Of a stretch of 64,000 bases of DNA, positions 34,414 to 61,900 are shown piece by piece. This stretch comes from Podarcis liolepis (Eukaryota). The notes below the pieces were generated by a model. That model made no database searches, was not told the origin of the DNA, and saw nothing but the letters and a program-made list of their open reading frames with translations. The DNA lies in NCBI GenBank assembly GCA_965112155.1, contig OZ218099.1, one strand, 5' to 3'. Each line of letters opens with the position of its first letter. Within the stretch, counting starts at the first letter, position 1. Made by a program: the position numbers and the translations under genes.

Positions 34414-35526
34414 TACTTACAAACACAAGTACAACCCAGAACAGCTATTAATAGTTAAATGCATATGCCATTTCTCTGCACCTGAGCCTTGGCCATGGAA
34501 AACACTAGCTAAAATCACAATAATTCATGCATAAAGGAAAGTCAAATTCTGATGAAAAATAAGCACTGCTCAGTGCAGAAACAACTTTTAGCAACTGTAG
34601 TAATGGTAGTATAATCCAAACACTAGTAGGTACATCGACTAACTACAACATCGATATGGTAAGAGACTGTGCCATGCTGTTCAGAAATGACCCAGAGCTC
34701 CTTTTCTGTGCAACACCATTGGGGAAATATATAAACCCAGATGTTGATATAACTAGCAGGCATTTGCTCATGTGACTCAAATTGCTCGGGGGAGGGGGGA
34801 ATTGTCTGATTTTGTATTAGCTATTTCATCCAAGTGTCTTCAGAAACCTAAATGGACTTGTATGAAATTTTCTTCTGCAAATGACATCTGCACCGGTCTC
34901 AAGTAGCAGTCACACAAGGAGACAGCTGCAATGTCAGAGAGCCATAATACACACTTCCATGAAATCCTAGTATTTTTGTGCAATTACTTGTTTACAAAGG
35001 CGACTGAAGTAAAAGCTTCACGTATTACATATAATAAGGGAAAGTGAGTAAGACAAGCAAAGATAAGATACCACTGGCAGACAGGGTAAGGAAGAATTTC
35101 TGTATTTGGTAATATTTTATGTTATTACTTCCGATGCCTATCCTACTCATGCCCTCCTGTTTCACTTGTCTCAGCCCTGGCAATTGGCATTTTGATACTT
35201 TAAAGTTATATCTAAGCTTTCCCCAGTGCTCAAATAGCATAGCATTACTTAACCAAGTTTATGGAATGGAAATGCAAGCGTTTCTAGAGTACCCTGCCCA
35301 TGGAAGAAGAGGTAGGTCAACAGCAGGTAAGTTCAAAGATTCTTATATTGAAGGCTATCATTCTATGCGCCCTTACCTGGAACCATGGCATTCTGACAGA
35401 TGTGCATAGGACGGCAATGTAAATCTTGCTCCAAGATTCTGTGTCCTACACTGACTATATTGGGTGCATAAGAAAACTTCCAAGTGTGAATAAATTTTGA
35501 CTGACTTAAGAATTTCACCAGATTTT

Positions 35527-35532
35527 TTTATT
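35527..35532 (-). terminator. Candidate FOXK2 polyadenylation signal (AATAAA on minus strand; another at 36151-36156)
   Basis: TTTATT on plus, about 1.9 kb downstream of the FOXK2 stop. The true site cannot be chosen from sequence alone. Confidence 0.35.
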
Positions 35533-37414
35533 CAAAAACTTGCAGCAGTTTGCCTAATACTCATGAAATAGTAGGTTTATAACCAAATGTTTTGCCAATA
35601 ATTCAGTTTAATTATTTCTAAATTAAGTGACCACAGCACAAAAAGTAGAATGCTGCAGTTACATAAATTCTTTTGCTTTACCCAGCTTATAGTGGCTGTT
35701 ATAAATCCAGCTAGTGTACAGCATTTTTTCATAATCTTTTAATATGTATTATCCAGATTGACACTGTGACAGCTCTACTGTGTGGGTTAACATGATACTT
35801 GGTACAGATTTCTCATATTTGGTCTTCAGATAAACAGTTTTCAAAAACTGACTAAATATAAGCCATTCCAAGCCATTTCAGTCCATCATGAAAATACAGA
35901 TTCTTCTCAAAATGAAAAAATATATATAAATAATGGTATTGCCAAAAAAGGGCAAATCAAAGGTTCAAGCCAGTCTTTACCTTTAACTCACCTTAATATG
36001 AAGGGACAAGACAGCATGTGAATGAAAGACAAAAAACAGTCTTAGCTTTTAGTTCAGTTCTGAAATGTAAGGTGGATTCTACAATCACAACTCTGAGAAG
36101 TATCCTTTAAAATGTTCAACTGCAGAACACACACTTTAAAAAAAACCACATTTATTATAGTATGGTAGCCACTGTTAGAAAACCTCAACAGCTACTCTTA
36201 ATGCAGACCCCAGAAGGTCTGTGCAGGACATCAAAAGTTAAAGATAAACTCATCAGATTAATTTCTACTGGTGGGCGCTTATGCTGAAAAATATTGGATA
36301 TACCTCTGACAAGTTTTTTTTCTCTTTTTAAAAGGACTTGTGATAAAGAATTTTCTCTTTTCTAAATGAAGAACAGTCTGCCATTTTAAACATACACAAT
36401 ATTAAGCGAGACTCTTGTTTTACTTTAGACTGGAAAAATAAGCCAGGGACAATCAAAGTCAACACAAAGTAACAAACAGCAAAAGGTAGCAAGAAAGAGA
36501 AACAGATAAGTGCAGCTCTGGTCAAATTCATCGTAGCAGTTCTTTAACGTCAGTTAACGGCTCATTTACACTGTATTTCTAATCAGTAACATGCAAGCCC
36601 AAAGAAGCATTTGATCACTACACAAGGTAATAAAATCTGATTAAATTTTATCAGGCAACTGCTAAAATATGAAAATTTGCAGATGTAACAAAGTAGCTTT
36701 ATCTGAACTTTAACAGGACAAAATTAAATCATTCCATTGGTTAAAAAACCCTACATTCAGTTTTACCAAACAAAATTTCACATGAAAAGTACTGTGTGAT
36801 TCCAAAGTTTCTGGAGTAGAAATGGAGTGATTTGAAATGTCAAAGACCCCATTATTTTGAAAATAAAATGAAAGTACACATCAAAAATTTCTAATTCCAC
36901 ATGTGAACAACAAAATACTGCATATCTACCAACAACTGCATTGGGTAGGTCATTATGAAAGGCTAGCTGCCAAGATGTAGGAAATGGCTCCTTGCCTCTG
37001 TTCCCTTTGAGGAATATACAATCGTTTGAAATCCAGTCACATGAAGTACTTATCATGCTGTGATATACTGAGATACTCAATCCTTAAAGTAATCAATCCA
37101 ATAGAGCTTTTTAAAGTTGCAGACTTCCAACTTTTGTATCTCTCCTTATCTATAAAGAGTCACTTCAGAACGGCAAGGAGGAGTGGGGGGAAAGGGGTCA
37201 CAGCCTCTGGAACAAGATGTTGGACAGTTTGGTTTCGATTTTTAAATTAAGGAGTTCTAAGGCCACCTGTGTTTTTTTTTCTCAGTGCTGAAAGTTGAAG
37301 TCACAGGGCCCCTTTCCCCACCATGTGAGAACATGTTCAATAGTTTAGGTGTTTCAATGTCTCCTTTTGGCACCACGGAGCATCATTCTAAAAAGAAATA
37401 TTCCTCTTAAGTTC

Positions 37415-51027
<13,613 letters not shown>

Positions 51028-52029
51028 TTACTCTAATAAAATGTTAATTGTAAAGTGTTATTTCAGGTTACAAAACGAGCAATTACTATTTGCAGTTTTT
51101 AAAAAGTCTTAACACAGAGAACTGAACACACATATAAAGACCAAAACTAGCATTCACAGAAATAGCATAGTATCATGAAAAGCTAGGTTTGAATCAAAAG
51201 CCTTAGTCCTACACACTGACCTAAAATTGGTTAGGAAACGATCCATACTTCATAAAAGGGCATACATTAAAAACCTCAAGAACTGTTCTTTTTCTTTCTT
51301 TTTTTAGTTTCTTTTCTCTAGTTTCTGGAGAAAATTTCAAAATGCAGTACATAGCGTCTTCGGATGTGCATGTTATATTCTGGGTGGAGGGGTAGTGTGT
51401 AAAACTGAAATCACATCTAGTCAGAACAACCCCCTAGAACCACTTCTACATGAAAAATCTTACCTGCCAGAGCCAATGTGAGATCTCACAAGGTCACCTG
51501 AGATATTGCAAAAGCATCCATAGCCCACACAAGAGTTTCCCAGAGTCTAAGGTTGAGAAATTAAAAGCTTTTTCCATGCAGGAAAATTCAGCAAGCAAAC
51601 AGCTTTTAAACTCTCCGCCTCACATGCATTTAATTTGTGTGATATCAGCTGGCCAGCTGCCAAGCGCATAGAACTGTGATTGTGCAAGTTAAATGTGTGC
51701 AAGTTGTGATCCTACAGTATGGCAGGATTCCAACCAACTTGTTCAGCTGAGATAACTCTGACAACCAGGGGCTGCTTCAAACAGTTGAATGTCATGGGGT
51801 GGAGGAAGAAATAACTATAGAAATGCTGTGTTCTTTATTCCTGATACATTTTGAAATCTGCTCTTTCAGGGACATAGGCCTAGTTTGTTAAAGTTATAAT
51901 TAACTGTTATCCACATTAGTCAATAATATAAATACATACACATTCACACAAAATAGCTTTCTTATCTGAATATTTCAAAGGATATCTCCAATATATATTA
52001 CACAGTTACAAAGGTACAGAAATCAGAAA

Positions 52030-52620
52030 CCAAAACAATCCAGTGATTGGAACACCTACGAAGGTAACAAATAATGAAAAGCATACCCACCCCCCCAAAA
52101 AATCTCCTTCTCATAGTACTAGAACTCTGGGTTACTCAGTGAATCAGGGTAGGTTCAAGATGGATGACAGTGCTTTTCACAGTGCTTAACTACGGCAATG
52201 GTAATACTGTGTCAGATGGCTTTAAAAGGGAATTAAGACAAAATCGTGGAAGTGAAGTCTATAAAAAGATATTAGCTATATTTTCCTAGTGGTGCAACAA
52301 TAAAGCTGCTAGCACATTTGCAAAGCCAGCAGAGTTGTGAATGGTTTCAAATGGGATGGGGGACCATGTGTTGAGATTCCTGCATTGCAGGGGGTTGGGC
52401 TAGATGACCCTCAGGGTCACTTCCAACTCTACAATTCTATGATTCTATGACAAGCAAATGGACTCAGGTTCAGAGGCACTATACCAGATGTTGAGGACAG
52501 GCAGCAGGGAAGGGTAGCCCTAACTGACGCCCTAACTGTGAGCTTCCTAGAAACATCTGGCCTCTGGAAGCAGAATGCTGGACTAGATGGAGAGTTGGAG
52601 TGATCCAACAGAGTTCTTAT
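52030..52620 (+). mobile_element. Decayed CR1 3' region with a nested younger CR1 tail at 52368-52450
   Basis: GATGGCTTTAAAAGGGAATTAAGACAAA...CAGAATGCTGGACTAGATGG...GTTCTTAT; nested piece ends ATTCTATGATTCTATGA. Confidence 0.65.
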
Positions 52621-55600
52621 TTAGACTGAAAATAAGATGGACAACCAACTCCTCCATAGACTGGACCAAATTTCCTCCCTACACTATATGTATTTATTTT
52701 TACAAGCATTGACACCCCACAAGTTTAGCTTATACCAATTTTTCAATAAAAATAATTTCAGGCCAACAGCAACTAACACCAATTGAAGCCACTTCTGGAA
52801 AACATACTTCACTTGCAATTACAAATCCTACCATACTTTGCAACATTAAACCATATAAAATTTAAACCTCCAAGGCTACCAAAGAAAAGAGCTCTAAAGA
52901 AACCAAACACAGCATCCTTGCACAGACTGAAAGGAACCCTGAAAGAAATCTGCCTGCAGGCAGTAGTTACTGTAGAAACCAAGCTCTTCATCGTTTTCCT
53001 CCAAGCAGAAGACACAAAAGAGCTGGAAAGCAGGGATCGATGGGAAGCAGCTTATAAAGCTGCTTGTCACATCAGCTGCAGGAAAACCAGACACTAATTC
53101 ATTAAAACTACCCATGTAATGCCTCTGGAATTTGAGGCTCCATCGTCTGCGAGTACAAAAGAAACTCTGCCTATGGAAATGCTGCACTTTTAAGTATTTG
53201 GCATCTTTCAACACAAAAGCTAAACACAGGCTGGTTGTGTGGTCTCTAAATTTCATCTTCAACCTTAAGAACATGAATGAATATAATTTGTCTGGAAGAA
53301 GACTGCATGTCTACACTTGCTTCAGATTTATAAATGGCTATTTCAGCATCTTAAACAACTTACGCCACTTTGAAGTAATAGAACAGTTGCTTCAAAATCA
53401 AGCCAACTTTCCCCCTTTCAGTTTATTATTATTTCCTGCTGTTAAATTAATTCATATTGTAAGCAGAAAAGGATTTTCTATTCTATAACCACTGTAAGTA
53501 TCTATGTTTCCATGTGAGAAGGTCAACAAACAAAAAGCTGTGCCCTTCTATTAGACATTTACCCAACTTTTCATTCATATGCAAGCAGGTAGGCGTCTCT
53601 TTGGTGTAGTAACATTTAGCCCACATCACACCATTCAACAGCATACATTTCAAGCAGCCACTTGTAAGTTTTGACTAAATTTCTGGATAAACACTTTTTT
53701 CTGTCAGAAAAGTTCTCATACCAAAAAGAAGACAACAAGCCAGATGTTTTTAGGAGTATGAAGGGTGCATATAACTTGGCATCTTCACCTGAACACAAAA
53801 TTAAGGCTATATACTGAGATAATGTGGCTGTGTTTACTGTGATTTGGAGAGTACATTATTTATATCCCACCTTTTTTCCATGTATGACATACATACAAGG
53901 CATTCATTAGTCAAAAAGTCATCTGAGAGAAGACTTTTTTCCTTTTGGTATCTGTATTTTATCTTTTAAAAAAATAGTGATCAGCCACTATTTCTTGCCA
54001 AAGGCATCTCAAAGCAATGTACAACCAACCAACCAACCACCCATATAGATACGTGAAAATGAAGAAGAAGGAAATACTATTATACACTGCCCTAATTTTC
54101 AAGCAGTAAGAGATTCCAGGTTACCCAAGGCTTGGTTTCCTGGAAATAAGAGACAGCAGAGACTGCGGTGTCTTTAGGGTATTTGGTTTATTTACACATA
54201 TATGCAACCTGAACATAAGCTGGAGAGGCTTACAGCATTAACAACACCCCAAAATTTATTGTTTCTCCCATAGTCACAGGCTTGGATTCTAGCAGAAATC
54301 AAGCATGTCTCTCTCCCAGCTTCTGCTGCTGCCAGGTTCTGCCCGTATTGGACGTAAATTGCTTTTATGTATCTGCTGGTGCTTTAAATTGTTTATATAT
54401 ATGCGGTTTTAATTGCTTTTATTATAAAAGTTTTATAATAAAAGTTTTATACATGTAACTGTTCTGGTGTGTTTTATACATTGCTCCACATGTTTTTATT
54501 GTATTGTAAATTGTTTTGGGGTGTGTCATGGGAAGTGTTCACAAATGAAATAAATAATAATTAAAAAATAATGAACACATCAGATTTCAAATGGTCTCGC
54601 ATCCAGCCACCAGCCAGATCCAGACCTGCTTAGTTTTGGATGCCTGCCTTGAGCGCCTTTCAATTAGTGATTGAAAGATCAGTCTTTTTCCAGTCAGTAT
54701 CACTTTCATATGTATTCAATCATAAGTCCATTCTTCTGAATTTTTCTGAACCAAAACTGCACTGCAAAATATGGCAAAGTATGCAATGTTCTGATTCATG
54801 TATCAGTGAAAGAATGGCAAAATAGGCTGGTTCACTCTGAAATGCAGACCAAACATAATTCTCCCCATCCAACTTCCAATGCATGTATAAAATGGGAACA
54901 TAAGAAGCCAAAGACTGGTAGGCTCATCTGTTCTAACTCTTGATGCTAATTCCATCTAGCCCAATGTTTTATTTAGACATGCTTACTGTAGCTTCTGAAG
55001 GGAACAATAAAATTAAAAATCTGGACTATACTTCAAAATACTGTGATTCTATAATGTGACTATATTGAGCAATTCTTATGCAAGCCATTTTGAGAGCCTT
55101 TTCTTACTACAAAACAAGATATATCAAATCAAACAAACACACTGTTCAATTCATGGAATTGTACATTGTATGCACTCTTACTTCTGAAGGAGGAGGAATC
55201 TATGAATGATGCAAGCTGCTGCAGTAGCCAACATAACAACAAAGCAGTGTTGTTTTCAGCAATATACAGCACAGGTTATGGCCTAATTAATCTGTAACCT
55301 TTTAGTTCCACACTCTCCTAGACAAGCCCAGTCAGCATATGGTCCAACAAGATCAGCATATCACTTAAACTTAACAACCCATGAAGCAGTGCACCTAAGC
55401 ATTCTTCAGATTAACTATTAAGAGCATCTACTTTTCAACAGTTTTCTAAGCACATCATTTTGGACATTTCCCTGCAGATTTGCTACTTTGACATACTATA
55501 CTTAAAACCTGTCCCACTGAAATCTGATTAATGCCTGACAATAAGAGCAGACGAACCACTCATTTTCAATAGCCTCTCAAGTCCTATGCCAGAGTCTCCC

Positions 55601-58600
55601 AAACCTTGAGCTTATGCCACCTTCATGAGCTTATTCTGTATTCTACCCTCACCCCAAATCCAGCATTATTAAGTCTGTTCCACAGCTGGGTGTGCGGAGA
55701 TCCTTGCATACAGTAATGTACATGCAACTTGCTGGTGTTCACAAAAATCTGCGGACTGCGGAACTAACTGATTACTAGCATTAGAAAAGATAGCAAGCCA
55801 TATCTGATATTTCCTAAAACAGGAACAGGCAATGTGGTGCCCTCCAAAAGTTTTGGACTCCAACTCCCATCAGCCACAGCTACATGGCACAAATGGTAAG
55901 AGATTATGACTACTGTAGTCTACAATATCTGGAATGCACCGCACTGGCTATCTCTGTCCTAAAACCATATATAGAACACCATTAGAACAAAGCAGGTCAT
56001 CAAAGCAGTCGGAGGAGAAGCAGCCATCCTCACAAATCCAGGGAGAATCCTCTAAAAGCTCTTCTAGCATTAATAATACCAATAATACTAATACTAATAG
56101 CTTGTACCCTGCCCATCTGACTGGGTTGTCCCAACCACCCTGGCCACCTTCCATCTAATATAAAAACACAATATAACATCAAACATAAAAATCCACCCAT
56201 GTCTTGACACCTTTTCCAGGCCAAGCCCACATTGGGAGAATCACTGCTTTATGAGGCAGATAATATCAACCAAAGCACAAGAACCTGCTTCCTTCCCTGC
56301 TAGACCTCCTCACCAGCAAGTGTGCTGCTAGTGTGGCAATGGCAAAATGCAGCTGACTGGAAGTGTGGCTGGCAAAGGATAAAGTCCTACCTTGCTGAAA
56401 TGGCAGCTTTGTACCTCTAAGATGGTACAAAGACTTACATTCAGTACCTCAAACTGCTGTCTATACGAAGGATTGGTGTGCTAGAATCTAAGCACTTATG
56501 GTTAATGTTAATCAAGCATACAGTACAGTCAATGAGCCAAGCTTTAGGCTGCCCCAGAAAAGGGGGTTGTATGTATCTAACTTATTTATGTTAGAGAGGT
56601 ACAAGGTACTCACTGGAGAACTATCCAAGGTTTAACATGAGAATCCAAGTAGAGAATGTAAAATTACTTAGCAAAAAAAATTCGAAATTTCAAGTAAACA
56701 GTGCTTACATTTATCTTAATGACAACTTGTTGAAACAAATGAGGAAATCAATTGTTATTTTTTTAAAGAAAAAAATCAGTGACACCATCTACATTCTGTT
56801 AAGAAATACAGATGGACATCTTATGTAGGGTTCAGTTCCAAGAGATTATAGTTAAAATTAACCAAAATTTGTCTGGGTTCAGACAAAGCCTAATAAGCTA
56901 ATAAAAGCAAACAACCAGGGACAGCACCATAAAAATCCAGACACAGTAGGCAAATAAACAAAATTAAAATGATATTTAAACACTCAGGAAAACAAAAGGG
57001 CCTTTGCTCCAATTGAAGATAGGCACAAGTCAAGCTTCCCTGGAGGTGTGATTCATTGAACAGGGCACAAAAGTAACCCATTCTCCAGTTGCCACCTACT
57101 GCATCAGTGACAGCAGAACTACCCCAAAAAGGACCTTAATGATGACCTTAAGGCATGAGCATGCTCATATTGAATAAAGGTAAGCATCTGTACTTTGACT
57201 CATGTCCAGTGAGGACAGGGAACCAGATATATGTCTCAGCATCAACAAGGTTTCAGCCCCAACACCTGGTTTTCAGTTAGCACTCTCATAGTAGTATTTT
57301 GCTCTAACAGCAGTTTCTGAATTCTCTTCAAAGTCAATGTTATGTATAATGCATTGTGATAGTCTAACCAGGAGGTTGCCAGGCATAGTTAACTGAGCTA
57401 GATTCCCTCTGTACAGGAAGAATTCAAACTTGTGTAAGGCACTCTGTGCCCCTGCCTCTCCAGTTACAAAGCTGGATGGAGGACCAGAACACAAACCTGC
57501 TCTTTCAGAAGAAGGGAAAGTTCACCCAGAACAGTTTCTACATCACTAAACTGGACAAATGAATCACCTACCAACAGCACCTCCATCTGCTCTAGACTGA
57601 GGACCATATTAGTTGTGATAGTTTCAGCCAGCACAATGAGTACCAGTAAAGCAATGAGGCTTCCCCCTCCCCCGCAAGACCCCAAAACCAGCTCTTGGGG
57701 TCAGGAGAACAACAAATGGGGGGGGGGGATTGTTCCACTTGGCAAACAACATTGAATTCCTCCGAGATTGTTTATTGACTCTCATTCAGTCTATAATCAA
57801 ACCCAGATGCTGATCTGATACTTACATTGCCTTCCTTGAATCAGCTGAAAATGAAAGTAGTGCTGGGTTTCACTCACTTATTGATGGCACTTAATATATA
57901 AAACAGCATGTGGGACAAGATGGAACCCTGCAGGACCCTATAACATAAATGTCCTTGAACCAAGCTGTAGCACCCCAGCCCCACTTTCTAGAACTAGCTG
58001 TTCAGATAGGAATAGAAACACCATAACATTGTATCCCAAATTTCCAAACTGACAGTCTGAAAAAAGAAATGGATTTCTTTTTAAAAACATAAACATAACA
58101 GTTTTTCTGGAGGAAAGAAATGTAAATGTGGCTTCATTGAACTCAGTGGGACTTTGTTTCTGAATCAAGATGCTTAGGATCATGCTACATAGTTTCTTGG
58201 ATTATTGAAACAAGCTTAAACAGACTTGCATTCCACAAAGCAAACTGCTCTTTGAATTTGCAAAATTCAGTATGTGATCATCAGAATGTTGTTGCTTTCA
58301 CACAACTGAAACTATAGATTTCAAGACATACAGAAGCAAACACGTTAGGGAGAAGTCCGCAAAGTATGGTCTGAAGACATGTGAGGCCAGTACCTAGCTG
58401 AAGCTAAGGTCAGTGCCTGCATGGAAGTTTGGTGATATATAAATGCAAATAGGGAAATAAAAATTGTGTCTACATTTTTGTTATAGTATTCACAGAGTTG
58501 ATAGCAAGTAGCAATACCTACCTTTACCTTTATAGCATGCTATCTATAAACAGAAACCCAGGACTGCATAAGGAATGTTGAGATAAGATGCAGATTCAAC

Positions 58601-58922
58601 AGCTTCTCCTTTCAAAATCACCCCCAAACCAGAATCACTATTTTCTTCTTTGCAGGGAAACTACAATGACTACAAAAATAGCTTAATAATTATTATCTCT
58701 TCATTCACTATGCAGTCTGTGTGTCATCTACTGATTATTATGTGAATGTCAATGTCTACTCCTCCCATGCAATGCTGCAAGTCATTCCAAGACAGAGAGG
58801 CAAGCCCAGCAAAACTAAAGTCAACAGGTATATCCCCACCAATCTAAAGAGTAACTGGAGAGAAAAATTAATTTGATGGAAAGAGAAAAGAAGTATGCTG
58901 CCACTATATTATCACTCATGCT

Positions 58923-58957
58923 TGTTTACAAGCTCTGTTTACAAAGTTTCTGTTTAC
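58923..58957. promoter_or_regulatory. Cluster of three forkhead consensus sites (TGTTTAC) in FOXK2 intron 1
   Basis: TGTTTAC at 58923, 58936 and 58951, same orientation. Confidence 0.45.
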
Positions 58958-61900
58958 CAGAAACAACACAAACACATCCATGAAAGTGTCTGCAAAACTA
59001 AGTGGGACTATAGTTGCCAATGCTATTTATTGTATTTAACAGAAAATTTCTGCTCATGCTATGTGACATAGTGCAATGGGCAGAGCTACAGTGAAGGCTG
59101 CCATCATGTAACCTCTCCTATAATTTTCAGGATCCAGCTACAAGCATCAACAAAAATCCAAGTTCCTCCTTTTAGTAACACTTCCTGCTGCTGCTTTTGT
59201 TGCCCCAATTTTGTTTTATGACACCGATCCAGCGTTAGTAGCCTCAGTCATTACCCACAATAGATTAAGTAAGGTGATCGTCTGTAGCTTATCCTCCACC
59301 CTTGTATGTTAATAGGGTTGATGTGAACCCCAGCAGCACTTTGAAATATTTGCAAAACATCTTAGCAAAACCTGAATCACTTTACAATCCATGCTGCCTT
59401 CATCATGACTTAGTTAACACTCTTATAGTGCAACCCTGTAACACTGGTTTCTTATTTATAATACTTTTTGAGCGGGTGGGACTCTGTTAGGCTACTGGGA
59501 TACATTGGGTCCCTTCCATTCCAATATTTACTATGTAATATTTCAACTAGGTATCTTTTGTTTTCTGTTTTATTTTCTTTCCTGTTAGAACTCAGTGCTT
59601 CACCAATGCATCTCTTTTGTTTTCTCCTCCAGGGCTCTCTGATAGCACAATAAGGAATTTAAATTAATATTGTGGGGTCCCAATTTACCATGTCTTTGAA
59701 AATTGGAAGCTCATAATATTTGTTTATAGCTAGAAGCTGAAAATGAGTCTTCTGGATCCCGATAACAGATTGATATATTGTATAAGAAAGAAAGTAAATA
59801 GAGGTTTAAACTATACTGTGAATGAAAAACTAAATAAACCAAAAGGAAGAAAGACAGGGAGGCACCAGAACAGGAAACCAAGAGAAGAAAAGACCTCAAG
59901 GTGCACAATGATGCCCAATGCATTTTAAGTCAGAAGAGCTTTACCTTAGAACAACTAAAGCAGTTTCTTCTGAGGAACTGTTTAAAACTGTTTAAAAGAA
60001 ACTTGTTCAGTTACCATTAGGAAAATACTCTTGAACTGAAATCCACTGGACTCAGATTGATTATAGCACACCCTTGAAGTCAAATCTACCGGTATTCTTC
60101 ATATGCTTAGAATGTAAGTGGCATATGAAAGGGCACAGAAGTCAGTTATTGCAGTTTGTAGAATACATGCAATGGCAATGTATTAACCAGCAAGCATCTC
60201 CTATGAATTGTGCCAGATGTCAAATAGTAAAAGCATTTTTTTTACTATTTAGTAACTACATTTTAGTTGATGCACAGCAGAAGTTATTCCATGGGATTCA
60301 TAGTCTGTTACAAGTTTTTGATCTTGTTTATAGCAGTTGAACACCAATGCTGTTCTACACATGCTGTTCTGTCTTGGGAACAAAACTGATGCCTAGTGTT
60401 TTAAACAGAGTATTCACTAATGGGTTTAGATCAGATCTCTTGCCTTCTGTAAGTGTCTAATGTTCAAGAGCAAGAGGCTATCACCAGCTGTTTCTGTTTT
60501 CAGCATGATAAAGGTTTCTGTTCTCCTGTATTAGAAACTTATTGATGTACTACTCTTTGGGAATCCTACATTGTATTTGTTAAGAGTCAAGCTACACATT
60601 TATACTGGATTTTTGCGATTGATTTTTCTTTTTTAACTGAAATGTAGTTGTAAGCTCATTTTGTATAGAGTAGCATGTGTGTTCTTTCAAAGGGGTGTTT
60701 AAATCTTCCCTTTGTAATTTTCTCATAATACCCACTCCTAAACCCATCACTGCTGTTTATCCAATAGGAGTTGGGGGCAAATTAGAAGCTCCCTGCAGCT
60801 TCATTTCATTTTTAAAAACATTTAATAAATCAGACATGGATTTCCCATTTAACAGGTGGTTTGACCCCAAGACAAGTAGTAAATTGAACCTTTCTTCAAA
60901 TTCTTAAGCAATCCCTCCTAGAGGTTCTATGGCTTACTATATCACAAGATTAGAATTCTCTGTTCATACTACCTATGTTGAACCAAAACAAATCTTATCT
61001 CAGAAGGAACCAAATTTTAAAAATCTGCCACAGTATAGTAAGATTTATTAGTGATTCACTGGCAATTGTGCCTATTCCTTTTCTCAATGAACAGTATATA
61101 TAGTCTGACTTGGACCACAGCTTTGTAACCATCTGAAAATCCACTCCTAAGCACTGGGGAAGCCTCTGGAACTGACAAAAATTGAGGGGAAGCAGAAGTG
61201 CTGTCCGCCATGTTGCAACTTGAGATCCCAATCTCTATCTAATGTTAATTCTACAGCAGTCAATAGATATCAATCATTCATGTTTTTATTACTAATGCTC
61301 AAAGCAGTGATGGCCAACCTTTGGAGCAAGTGTGTCTAAAAGTCCAGTTCACAGTATAAGAGAGTGCTACTCTATTACACACTAATGAATAGATGCAGTT
61401 CTCCTGGACTCCAATATAATTTTGATTCTAAACTACAGAGAAACTGTTGCAAAGAGGAAGCTGGCTGGAGTGCATATGGCATAATCACACTTGCAATCTT
61501 TCTGCTCCTGTCCAGGTGTGCAGATGTCTGCTACTTGAGCCACAGGTTGGCCACTTGAGCAATAAAGGATACAACTTTAAACAATTCATTTATAAATAGA
61601 AAAGTGATCAATGTGTATACCTATTAACTGCAAGGCCTCCACCTTAACTTTTGCTGTGCAGTCAACAACTACTTACCATACCTCTCAATACTTACACATT
61701 TTAGATATGTATATGGATTGAAAGAAGGCTTCCATCTTTCTCTGTTTTAAACTATAGTTTCAAAACCTAGAATGAAGACACCCCAAGCTGTGTTTTAAAA
61801 TTTTATTATTTCTAAGCTGATTTAACTGCTATGAAAAATTAATCTGAGCAAATTTTAAAAAATATTTTAAGTGGCCAATACTGGGTTTCTAAGGTATCCA

